Shown here in pieces: positions 32,646 through 44,200 of a stretch of 64,000 bases of DNA. This DNA comes from Puniceicoccaceae bacterium (lineage in GTDB: Bacteria; Verrucomicrobiota; Verrucomicrobiia; Opitutales; Oceanipulchritudinaceae). The DNA is taken from contig JBFOMH010000017.1 in assembly GCA_040830765.1 (NCBI GenBank), positions 192,001-256,000 of the forward strand. The letters are read 5' to 3'. The translations under genes and the position numbers were made by a program. Under the pieces are notes generated by a model. That model made no database searches. It was not told where the DNA came from and worked only from the letters and a program-made list of their open reading frames with translations. Numbering within the stretch: the stretch's first letter is position 1; every line of letters begins with the position of its first letter.

Positions 32646-32869
32646 GATTCAGAATTTTGGATAGGATTGATTTTCATCAAGGCACTATCAGTACCGATAC
32701 TCCAGTGGTGGCTTTTCATAACTGTCTGATTGGGCGATGAATCGCGAACCGAAAGTTGTGCCAGCTGCCTTGCGATTTTGAAAGAAATTGCCTTGTTGAA
32801 TACTGGCAGTTAAAACGGTCGCAAAAGGGTCTGGATGACGCCAGACTGCAGTTAAACTATCTTTAGTAA

Positions 32870-35092
<2,223 letters not shown>

Positions 35093-35145
35093 CGGCTCAA
35101 CACCGCCGGGTATCTTCACAGTGGTACTGGAAGGATTCGCGGGGC

Positions 35146-35403
35146 TCAGTCAACGAGCTCCGCGAATTCCGGGTGCCGCTTCAGGAAAACGTCGATAAAG
35201 GAACAGTCGGGGACGATGCTCCACCCATTTTCGCGGGCGTGTTCAAAGGCGGCGGTTGCCAGCTTCCCGGCAACGCCCTGACCGCGCAATTCAGGCGGCA
35301 CAACCGTGTGGTCAAAATGGTAGCGGCCATCCTTGACGGTGTAGCTCAGGACAGCGCCTTCCGGCGTGCGGAAACAGTTTTCACTGGGGACATGCTCGAT
35401 CAT
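35146..35403 (-). CDS. Small GNAT-family N-acetyltransferase (YjdJ-like)
   Basis: HTVVPPELRGQGVAGKL...IVPDCSF motif; start MIEHV at 35403. Confidence 0.85.
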   Translation of the reverse strand: MIEHVPSENCFRTPEGAVLSYTVKDGRYHFDHTVVPPELRGQGVAGKLATAAFEHARENGWSIVPDCSFIDVFLKRHPEFAELVD

Positions 35404-35416
35404 TTTCCGGCAGCAA

Positions 35417-36250
35417 TCAGATGTGGAAATTATCCCCTTCGCAGAAGACGCGGAATGGGGCCTGACAATCCTTGAAGCCAATCTTCTCATAGAGACTTTG
35501 GGCCATTTCAGTAGAATGAAGGACGCCTTTGGTGTAGCCCAGGCGCCGGGCTTCATGAAAGGCCATAACGGTCATTTTCCGGGCCAGGCCGAGTCCGCGT
35601 ACCTCCGGCTTGGTCGCCACCCCATAGATGCCGGCAACACCCGCTCCGAGGTTGAGGACAACCTTCGATACGGGAACTCCCATGTGCCAGGCAATCCAGC
35701 AGCGCAGCGGTCCCTCGGATTCACCTACCGGAAACTGATTGGTCACTTCCGGTAACAACGGCTTGATTTCCGGCGGGACTTCCCAGCGCCAGGCAATCAA
35801 TTCATATATGGCATTCAAGTCATCCTTGGTGACCGCCTCGCGGATCTGGATGCCCGGCGTGGTCTCTTCGGTGATTTCTGGGAGGTCGGCCAGTTCCATC
35901 GTCATGCCCGGACAGGACTCGGCTTCCGAAAAGCCGCGTGTTTCCAGGCGCTTGCCAAGATCGGCCGGGGTCGACGTCGGGTGGACAATCCAGAAGAAGG
36001 GCATGCCCCGGTCATGGTAATGCTTGAAGATGGCGTCAATCCGTTGTTCAGCAGTCTCCTCCCTGAGGCGGCTCCGGATGACCCCGTTATAGGGGAGGGT
36101 CCGGATGGGCGTGTCGAAGTAAGTCACTTCATCATCCTCATGCAGACTGCAGCCGTGCCCCATGCCGAACATGCGCCACATTGTCCACAGGTTCTCTTCC
36201 AGGGCGCGCAGGTTTTCTCCTCCCGAACTGCTGTCTGCAGTTTGTTCCAT
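35417..36250 (-). CDS. GNAT-family N-acetyltransferase
   Basis: GIYGVATKPEVRGLGLA and SLYEKIGF acetyl-CoA-binding motifs. Confidence 0.85.
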   Translation of the reverse strand: MEQTADSSSGGENLRALEENLWTMWRMFGMGHGCSLHEDDEVTYFDTPIRTLPYNGVIRSRLREETAEQRIDAIFKHYHDRGMPFFWIVHPTSTPADLGKRLETRGFSEAESCPGMTMELADLPEITEETTPGIQIREAVTKDDLNAIYELIAWRWEVPPEIKPLLPEVTNQFPVGESEGPLRCWIAWHMGVPVSKVVLNLGAGVAGIYGVATKPEVRGLGLARKMTVMAFHEARRLGYTKGVLHSTEMAQSLYEKIGFKDCQAPFRVFCEGDNFHI

Positions 36251-36351
36251 GCAACAGGAATACGATCGGGCTCATCGCGGGTCAAGTTGCATTGGAAGCT
36301 GGTGTCTTTCCCCGTTGCCATGGCTCCTGGTCTCCGCTAAGGTTGCCAGCC

Positions 36352-37374
36352 ATGAAACGTAGACACTTCCTGACAACCCTCGCCGCTGCCGCCCCCGCTG
36401 CTGCCATGGCCGATACAAATCCGGGAAAACCCGCCCTTGAAGCCTGCCGCGATTCCCTCGGGGAAGTGCTTCCCCTGAGGCCGCTGGGAAGAACCGGTGA
36501 ATCGGTCACCATGCTCGGAATCGGGGGATTCCATGTTGGATGGACCACCGAAAAGGACGCTGCCGAAGTCATCGAGGCGGCCCTGGAAGGGGGTGTCCGG
36601 TTTTTTGATTCCGCGGAGTCCTACCAGCAAGGCGAAAGTGAGCGCCGTTATGGCAAGTACCTAACCCCGAATTATCGAGACCACATATTCCTTATGACTA
36701 AAACCCAGGCCAAGGATGCCAGGACCGCCCGGGAACACCTCGAGGGATCCCTCAAGCGGATGAAGACGGATTACCTCGACCTCTGGCAGATTCATTCCTT
36801 GCGCAATCCGGACGATGTCGACGGACGGCTCCAGGAAGGTGTGCTGGATGTTGTCATGAAGGCCAAGGAGGAGGGAAAGGTCCGCTTCACCGGCTTTACC
36901 GGGCACAGTAATCCGGAGGCGCATCTGCGCATCCTTGAAAAGACCGGAAGTAGCGATCCTTTCGATACATGTCAGATGCCGGTGAATGCCATCGATCCGA
37001 GTTACCACAGTTTTATCGAGCAGGTGACACCCATCCTCCTGAAAAGAAACATCGGTTTGCTGGCCATGAAGACCCTCGCCGACGGCCGTTTCTTTGCCAT
37101 GAAGTCCAACCTGCGCCGGGGTGTCGTCTGGCGGTCGGATGACCCCGCCATCCCGAATCGACTCAGTATCCGCGATGCCATGTGTTTTGCCTGGTCCCTG
37201 CCGATCAGCACCCTTATCACCGGGGCGGAGAATGCCTCCCTGGTGCGGGAAAAGGTCGACCTTGCCCGTGCCTACAGCGGCATGACCGAAGAAGAGCGCA
37301 CGGAGCTCGTCGACAAAGTGGCCGATCTCGCCGACGGCCAGGTGGAGTACTACAAGCGGCCGGTTGAGGCCTGA
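36352..37374 (+). CDS. Aldo/keto reductase with twin-arginine (Tat) signal
   Basis: MKRRHFL signal; AKR tetrad motifs FDSAESY, MTKT and LDLWQIH. Confidence 0.88.
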   Translation: MKRRHFLTTLAAAAPAAAMADTNPGKPALEACRDSLGEVLPLRPLGRTGESVTMLGIGGFHVGWTTEKDAAEVIEAALEGGVRFFDSAESYQQGESERRYGKYLTPNYRDHIFLMTKTQAKDARTAREHLEGSLKRMKTDYLDLWQIHSLRNPDDVDGRLQEGVLDVVMKAKEEGKVRFTGFTGHSNPEAHLRILEKTGSSDPFDTCQMPVNAIDPSYHSFIEQVTPILLKRNIGLLAMKTLADGRFFAMKSNLRRGVVWRSDDPAIPNRLSIRDAMCFAWSLPISTLITGAENASLVREKVDLARAYSGMTEEERTELVDKVADLADGQVEYYKRPVEA

Positions 37375-37385
37375 ATTTTCCTTAC

Positions 37386-40300
37386 CTAGAGTTCGGCATC
37401 TTCCACGCCGGCCGCATAGTCGAGGGCTGTTGAGAGGGGCAGGGTAGCCCCCTCCTGTACCTTGGCATTGAGGTCAACCCCTTGCAGCATTGCTCCGGCT
37501 TCATCGATTGCCTGGCCGACTCTTTTGGCGTCCGCTTCCGGCAGGGGAGCACCGATCGATTGCCGGATTGCCTTGGCAGCTCCAAAGAGGCGCAGGCTGC
37601 GGTCAGGTTTCTCCAGGTTAAGGGCGTTGAAAGCGAAGGTTTCAAGGATGAAGGCGAGGGAGCGCATATTGCCCAGTTCCCGTGCTACCCGCAGGCTTTC
37701 CAGCAGGTAGGCTTCACAAGCCGCTGCATCCTTTTGGTCGAGCGCTACTTCGGCGAGAGAGTTGTAGGTGTTGGCAATTTCCCCGCGGTCACCGACCTTC
37801 TGCAGGTATTCCATCGCTTTTTCGAGGTCCTTGCGGGCTCCGGCGAGGTCGCCGAGGTAGCGTTTGGCCATCCCGAGATTGTTGTAGGAGTTCCCGATGT
37901 AAAAGGGATCATTCAATTTCAGGCGGATGGCCAGGGCCTCTTCCTGGTAGTCCAATGCCTCGTCCAGCTTTCCCTGGAAGCGAAGGATAATGCCGGTATT
38001 GCTAAGGAGGCTGGTGACGTGTTTCTCCTGGCCCAGTTTGCGGCGGATTTCAATGCTTTGGGCATAGACTTCCCGGGCCTTGTCATACTGTCCGGTCTGT
38101 GCAGCGAGGGTGCCTTCACTGTGCAGGACGTCACCCATGCCTGATTCATCACCCAACGCGGTATAGGCTTCCCGGGCCTGCTCCAGCCATTTCCCTGCCT
38201 CCTCCATGGCACCGGTCTTGCGGTGAAGGTCCCCGATATCGAGGCGGCAATTGGCGATTTCCCCCTCCATTTGCAGGGATTCCGCCAGTTGCAGGGCATC
38301 CTCGTAGGTTTGCATGGACTCCTTCCAGTCGCCCGTTACTTCCAGAACCTTTCCGAGGTTGCTCAGGACAGGAACTTTATCCGGACCGTCAAGGAGTGGT
38401 AACAAGGACCTGTAATAACCAGCAGCGGTCCCAGCGGCATAGGCCTCGCGGGCGGCATCGCCCGCCAGGAGGAAATATTTCCGCTGCTTTTCCCGGTTCG
38501 GGCTGCGGCCGAAGTGGAAGGCCAGAAGATCGAGCATCTGGGTATTCTCCTCCCGGTAATGTTTCTCCAGAAAAAGGCCGATGGCTTCGTGCAGAATTGC
38601 CCGTAACTGTTTGGTCAGGCTTTCATAAGCGACCTCATGGATGACCACGTGCTTGAAGAGATAGGCCAGCTCAGCATCCTCTTCGTCGGGCGAGGTAAAG
38701 TCATTTTCGGTCAGGGCAGACAAGGCTTTCCGAACCTCCCGCTCGCCTCCCAAGTCGGGATAGACCCCCCAGACAACAGCGGCCCGGAAAATGCGCCCGA
38801 CCACACTGGCCACCTTCATGGTGATACGGGAATTCTCATTCAGCTGGTCCATCCGGCTGAGGACGAGTGCATACAAGCTGACCGGAAGATCGGCCTTCTC
38901 GAGGTCAGAGACAGAGGTCACTTCAATCTGCTCGTGATGCAGCCAGTTCATGACCTCATCGATGAAGAACGGATTGCCTCCGGTTTTCCGGGCAATGGTC
39001 TCAACAACTGCTTCCGGCACGTTCTGGTCGGCTCCAAATAGCTGGGCGAATTTCAGGCTGATTAACTCGGCTGCTTCCGCACTGTTGAATTCCGGTAATT
39101 CCAGGGAGACAACATAATCGAGACCGGACTCTGCCTCCGAAAAGAGTTCATTATCGTTATTGGGCCGGCGGGCGATGAGCAACATTACCGGCATCCGGGC
39201 GATGGCCTGGACGAGACTCCGAAATAATTCCCCGGAAACATCGTCAATCGCATGGGCATCCTCAAGGACGATAAGTATTGGATTGTCCTCGGAGGCATGG
39301 CGCAGGCACTCCACGAGCATACTCTCCAATGAAGCACGCCTTAGTTTCGCGTCGAAGGTCCGGGTCAATTCATTGTCAGCAATCTGAAGGTCCAAAACGG
39401 CACCAAGGAGGGGAAGGCGTGGCCCCAGGCGTTCATCAATTGTCTTCAGTTGGCGGCGCAGGGACGCTTCTGCTTCTTCCACGGGAATGGCCGGGTTAAG
39501 GCCAAAGAACTCGCGCCAGATTCGCCACCACGGGGCGTAGAGCGTGCTGTTGCCGAAGGTTTGGCACTCGCCGCTGTAAATCCGGAAGCCGGCAGACCGG
39601 GCCAATTTTGCCGTCTCCGCGACAAGGCGGCTCTTGCCCATTCCGGCATCGGCCTGCAGGGAAACCACCTGGCCAAACCCTTCCCGGGTCCGGTTCAGGC
39701 AATTTTCGATGGCCGCCAATTCCTCTTTTCGCCCGACCATGGGAAATGCCGAGCCTTCTCCTCCATCTGTTGCCAGGGAGCGCTCGGACTTGCCCTCCAG
39801 GCGAAAAACAGCCACTGGCTCGGACTTTCCCTTCACCCGGATATGGGGAAGGGTCTGCAGTTGAAAAGCCCGGCGTCCCTCCTTGTATGCCGGTTCGGAG
39901 ACGAGAATTTCCCCGGGGTCCGCCTTTCCCATCAAGCGGGCGGACAAGTTGACCTGGTCGCCAAGGACCCCATAGGTCCTTCTTGAAGGCCCGCCGTAGG
40001 CTCCGGTACGGGTGGAGCCCCGGCCAATGCCGATGCGGACAGCGGAGATGAAGTCCAGGTTTGCGGTCAGTTGTTGAATCTCCAGCGCGGCGGCCATGGT
40101 CCTCAATGTATCGTCCTCGTGGGAGATGGGGGCACCGAAGGCAGCATAAAGGAAGCTGCCTTTGTCACCAACCGTCAGCTGGTGGACAACCCCTTCGTAT
40201 TCATTGACGATCACCTGTACCCAGGAGAAAAAGGCATCCAGCTTTTTGTCTGCCTGCGAGTCCCCTTCAAAGTCGATGCCCTCGAACTTGACGAACATGG

Positions 40301-41078
40301 CCGTTGCCGGCCTCAGCTCGGTGAAGAATTCGCCCAATCCGGAGGAAATACGATTGCGGATGGCTGAAATAATCCACGGGTCAACCAGACCCGGCGGAAC
40401 TTCCAGAAAGCCGAGGTTTGGCCATGGCTCCTGCTCGACCGGGTTCACCAGCGAATGGATGACCCAGGCCAAAGTTTGGCCGGTGTCATCCTGCCGTTCT
40501 TCACCCAGCTCGGCATCACCGCCCAGGTTTTCGCGGGTTTCCGGGTCGATGAGCACTTCACCACGTTCTGCCAGTCCCTCGACTACGGCCACCCGGTAGA
40601 CCGGATCGCCGGCAAGGACATCGACCTTCTGGATGGATTCATCCCCAACCGCGAAGCGTTTAACCGTGCCGCTGGTCACCGCCGCCTTCAAACCAAGACC
40701 AATCGAACCGCCTCCAGGTGAGGGAATAGCCTGGAACGCTTCCATTCCTTTCTGCATCGCCAATGCGCATCCTACGGCCCGATGGCCGTCATCCTCCTCA
40801 AACCAGCAAGTAATGGCGTCTCCGGCGAATCCGATGACACTGCCCCGCACCCGGTCCACCTCCCCGATAAGCATGGCGTAAACCTCATTGAGGACCCGGG
40901 TAAGTTCCTCACCTCCCAAGCGCGAACCCAGATGAGCCTCAAAGGCCTCCGTCAAGGGGGTGAATCCCGAAATATCGGCAAACAATACCGTCCCTGCAGA
41001 CTGCTCCGGCAGGTCACCCGCCGAGGCCAAGGCCAACAGGCGGTCGCGGGGGACGTAAGCGTTGTAAGACTCCTTCAT
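37386..41078 (-). CDS. Class III nucleotidyl cyclase (two cyclase domains)-STAND AAA ATPase-TPR protein (soluble adenylyl cyclase-like)
   Basis: C1 motifs FADISGFT and FAGDA; C2 motifs GDKG and VNLSARLM; Walker A ADAGMGKS; Walker B LIVLEDAH; GGNPFF; C-terminal TPRs (YNNLG, LSNLG). Confidence 0.9.
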   Translation of the reverse strand: MKESYNAYVPRDRLLALASAGDLPEQSAGTVLFADISGFTPLTEAFEAHLGSRLGGEELTRVLNEVYAMLIGEVDRVRGSVIGFAGDAITCWFEEDDGHRAVGCALAMQKGMEAFQAIPSPGGGSIGLGLKAAVTSGTVKRFAVGDESIQKVDVLAGDPVYRVAVVEGLAERGEVLIDPETRENLGGDAELGEERQDDTGQTLAWVIHSLVNPVEQEPWPNLGFLEVPPGLVDPWIISAIRNRISSGLGEFFTELRPATAMFVKFEGIDFEGDSQADKKLDAFFSWVQVIVNEYEGVVHQLTVGDKGSFLYAAFGAPISHEDDTLRTMAAALEIQQLTANLDFISAVRIGIGRGSTRTGAYGGPSRRTYGVLGDQVNLSARLMGKADPGEILVSEPAYKEGRRAFQLQTLPHIRVKGKSEPVAVFRLEGKSERSLATDGGEGSAFPMVGRKEELAAIENCLNRTREGFGQVVSLQADAGMGKSRLVAETAKLARSAGFRIYSGECQTFGNSTLYAPWWRIWREFFGLNPAIPVEEAEASLRRQLKTIDERLGPRLPLLGAVLDLQIADNELTRTFDAKLRRASLESMLVECLRHASEDNPILIVLEDAHAIDDVSGELFRSLVQAIARMPVMLLIARRPNNDNELFSEAESGLDYVVSLELPEFNSAEAAELISLKFAQLFGADQNVPEAVVETIARKTGGNPFFIDEVMNWLHHEQIEVTSVSDLEKADLPVSLYALVLSRMDQLNENSRITMKVASVVGRIFRAAVVWGVYPDLGGEREVRKALSALTENDFTSPDEEDAELAYLFKHVVIHEVAYESLTKQLRAILHEAIGLFLEKHYREENTQMLDLLAFHFGRSPNREKQRKYFLLAGDAAREAYAAGTAAGYYRSLLPLLDGPDKVPVLSNLGKVLEVTGDWKESMQTYEDALQLAESLQMEGEIANCRLDIGDLHRKTGAMEEAGKWLEQAREAYTALGDESGMGDVLHSEGTLAAQTGQYDKAREVYAQSIEIRRKLGQEKHVTSLLSNTGIILRFQGKLDEALDYQEEALAIRLKLNDPFYIGNSYNNLGMAKRYLGDLAGARKDLEKAMEYLQKVGDRGEIANTYNSLAEVALDQKDAAACEAYLLESLRVARELGNMRSLAFILETFAFNALNLEKPDRSLRLFGAAKAIRQSIGAPLPEADAKRVGQAIDEAGAMLQGVDLNAKVQEGATLPLSTALDYAAGVEDAEL

Positions 41079-41258
41079 TAGTGGGTTCGGGGCGGATGAT
41101 AGACTTCAGCGGGTAGGCGTCAAAGGACACTTTCGTAAAATTTAAAGTCTAGTCCACTTAATAGTTGCAATTAGCGTAAATCATGCCTCAAATTTCGTGC
41201 GACGCCACCCGTTCACCACTAAGGCAAATCACTCATTAAATTACGAGGACATTGTACC

Positions 41259-44200
41259 ATGCGCTCACGTCATGTTCTTTTCTGCTGCCTGAATTTCTTT
41301 TTTGGCATTATCGTTACACCGCTGCAAGCAGCTGAAATAAAAGTTGATTCCACCGCCGATCCAGGTCCCCTGCGGGACGCCATCATCGGCGCCGCGCCAG
41401 GCGACGTGGTGCTCCTGCGGGCTGAAGGAGAAGTCCTTCTCACATCCCCGTTGCCCGTTCGCCGCGGTATTCGAATTGAAGGACAAAGCGGTCCGTTGGC
41501 CCACACGCTCAAGGTGAGTGGAGATTTCCGACATTTCGATGTCAGCGGCCTTCCCGTTGACGAGACGGCGACCATTGCCCGGCTGACCCTTGAGGGAAAT
41601 CTGCCCGAAGATGCCGGGGGCGGTATCAGCAGCCGTTCCAATCTTCTTCTCGAAAGTGTCCAGGTGGTGGACAGCAGCGCAGAGCATGGCGGGGCGATTG
41701 CCCAAACGGGAGCATCCCTTGGTATTGATTTGTCCTATTTCGCCCGCAATGAATCTGAACTGGCTGGTGGATTGGAAGGCTCCGGGGGAGCTGTTTACGC
41801 TAGTGGAGCGGAGTTGACCGTTACCTCGACAGGATTTGTCAGCAACGTGGCCGGCAGTGGGGGGGCAATTGCCTTTGCGGGACCAGACTCCAGCCTTATT
41901 GTCCGCAGCAGCACATTTTCTGGAAATAGGGCTGTTATCTCAGGGGGTGCGGTATCGCTGGCCAGTGGAGATGGCCGATTCATCAACCTGACACTGGTCG
42001 ACAACAATAGTGGAGCAGATACGCTTTCCCACATAAATGCGGGTACCAATGCAATCACTGTGGGAAACTCACTGGTGGTTGGTGAGGGTGATGGGTTGCC
42101 TGGAATCCTCGGTGATCTGCAAGCAGAAGGAACGGGAACCAACCGTTCAGGCACAGACCTGTCCTTGGGTCTGGGAATGCCTGCCGGAGCCTATGGCGGT
42201 CTCCGTCCGACCTATCTCCTTCATCCTGGCAGGACGGCCCTCCCTGACGGGAGTAATTTGCTGCTTCCCGAAACCGACCGTGACCAACGCGGATTGGCCC
42301 GCTTTTCCGACGGTGATGGCGAAGGCGGGGACATTGTCGATCAGGGAGCATTTGAGGTGCAGCACTACAAGGTATCCGCCTTGCAGATCCGCGGTTCGGC
42401 CACGGGTGGCAAGGACGACGGCGGTTACGGAAATCCCTTTGATCCAAGTGATGATGCGGATTCCATCGCCTCGGCGGATGTCTTTGTCCAACTGACAAAC
42501 ACCAACAAAGCTGACATCGGGGATGCGGTGGGAGCCAATAATGCCGCTGGCGGTGGATCGGTTTCGTTTGATGAAAGAACCTGGGGAGGGCGTGTTGTTC
42601 TCAAGGGCCGGGAGCTGGAGGTTCGCCGGGATATTGCGATTTATGGACCCGGGGCGACCCGGATGTTTATTGACGGAAGTGCCAGTTCACCGGTCTTCCG
42701 GATTGGTGAAGCAGGCCAGGACGTCCTTGCCTACATGGAGGGCATCTCCATCGAGAACGGGCTCGCAGAGACCGGAGCCGGAATTGTTGTTCAGGATGGA
42801 GGGCGCGTTTCACTCAAGGAAGTACAATTAAAAGGTAATTCCGCCAGTCTGGCCGGCGGGGGGATTGCCGTCCTTTCCGGTGCGACGGATCTTTATCGGA
42901 GTTCCCTCATCGATAACCAGGCAGGTGACCAGGGTGGGGGCATCTTCGGTTCGATAGATTCCGTTATCGTCATTGATACGAGCACCCTTTCTGGAAATTC
43001 AGCAGGTTCCATGGGTGGAGCCGTGGCAAGCTCGGGTGACCTGACCATCGACTCCTCGACCATCGTGGCAAACGGAGCGAACTCCAATACCGGTCTCCTG
43101 GTTGAAGGGGCCACTGGCATTATCCAGAATACAATCCTCTCCCTCGGTACGGCCGATACCATCGATGCCGGCTCTGGGACATCGGTGAACTCAGGTGGAT
43201 ACAACCTTTCCGAGGCCAGCGAGGGCGGCTTCCTCCTTAATGCCACTGATTTGAGCGGTACTGATCCGGAATTAAACGTTCGCTCATTGAATGATGGTGA
43301 AACGCTTTCCCATGCCCCCAAGGGCACCAGTCCGGCCATTGATGCCGGGAGCAGCTATTTTCCGCTTGTCGATGGCCAGCTGGACCAGCCGGGTAATGAC
43401 CGGGTCAAGGGGGCCGCTATCGATATTGGTTCTGTTGAGCTGCAGAACGATTCTCCAACTATCGAATGTATCAGCGAACCGGATACAGAGTGTGTTTCCT
43501 CCTCCGGTGCGCTGGTTGCTGTTGACGTGCTTGTCGATGACGTCGACAAGGATGACCTGACTGTGACCTGGAGTGCGGCGGGTGTTTCTGAGACGCAGAA
43601 TGTTGCTGGGGCAGAGTTGCCGCTAGCCAGTCCATTGTCACAGGACTTGCTCCTGCCAATCGGTACGACAACTGTCACCATCACGGTTTCGGATGGATTT
43701 ACCTCAGCCAGTTGTGCGGTCATGGTCAAGGTGGCAGACACCACCGCCCCGACTGTAACCCTTTCCGGCCCAACCTCCATCAATCTGGAGTGCGGTATCG
43801 ATGCGTATGTTGAATATGGAGCGACGGCTTCCGATATCTGTGATCCGGGCCCCACTGTAGTCATTTCACCGATACTGGACAGTTACCCGGAAACCGGTAC
43901 CTATACGGTTACCTACACTGCAGCCGATGCGGCGGGCAACTCCAGCTCCGCAACCCGGACGGTCAACGTCGTGGACACGACGGATCCTGTCGTTACCCTC
44001 AACGGGAGCGCTCTCGTCACATTGCAGTGTGGGGTTGATACATTTTCGGATCCGGGTGCAACGGCCCTGGATGACTGTGAGGGAGCGTTGGACGTCGGCC
44101 TCCCGGTCCGGACGGACTTGGAGCTACTGACCGAGAACTCCGTCGAGACTTACCGGTTAACCTACAGTGTCACGGATTCCTCCGGGAACACCGGCAGTGC

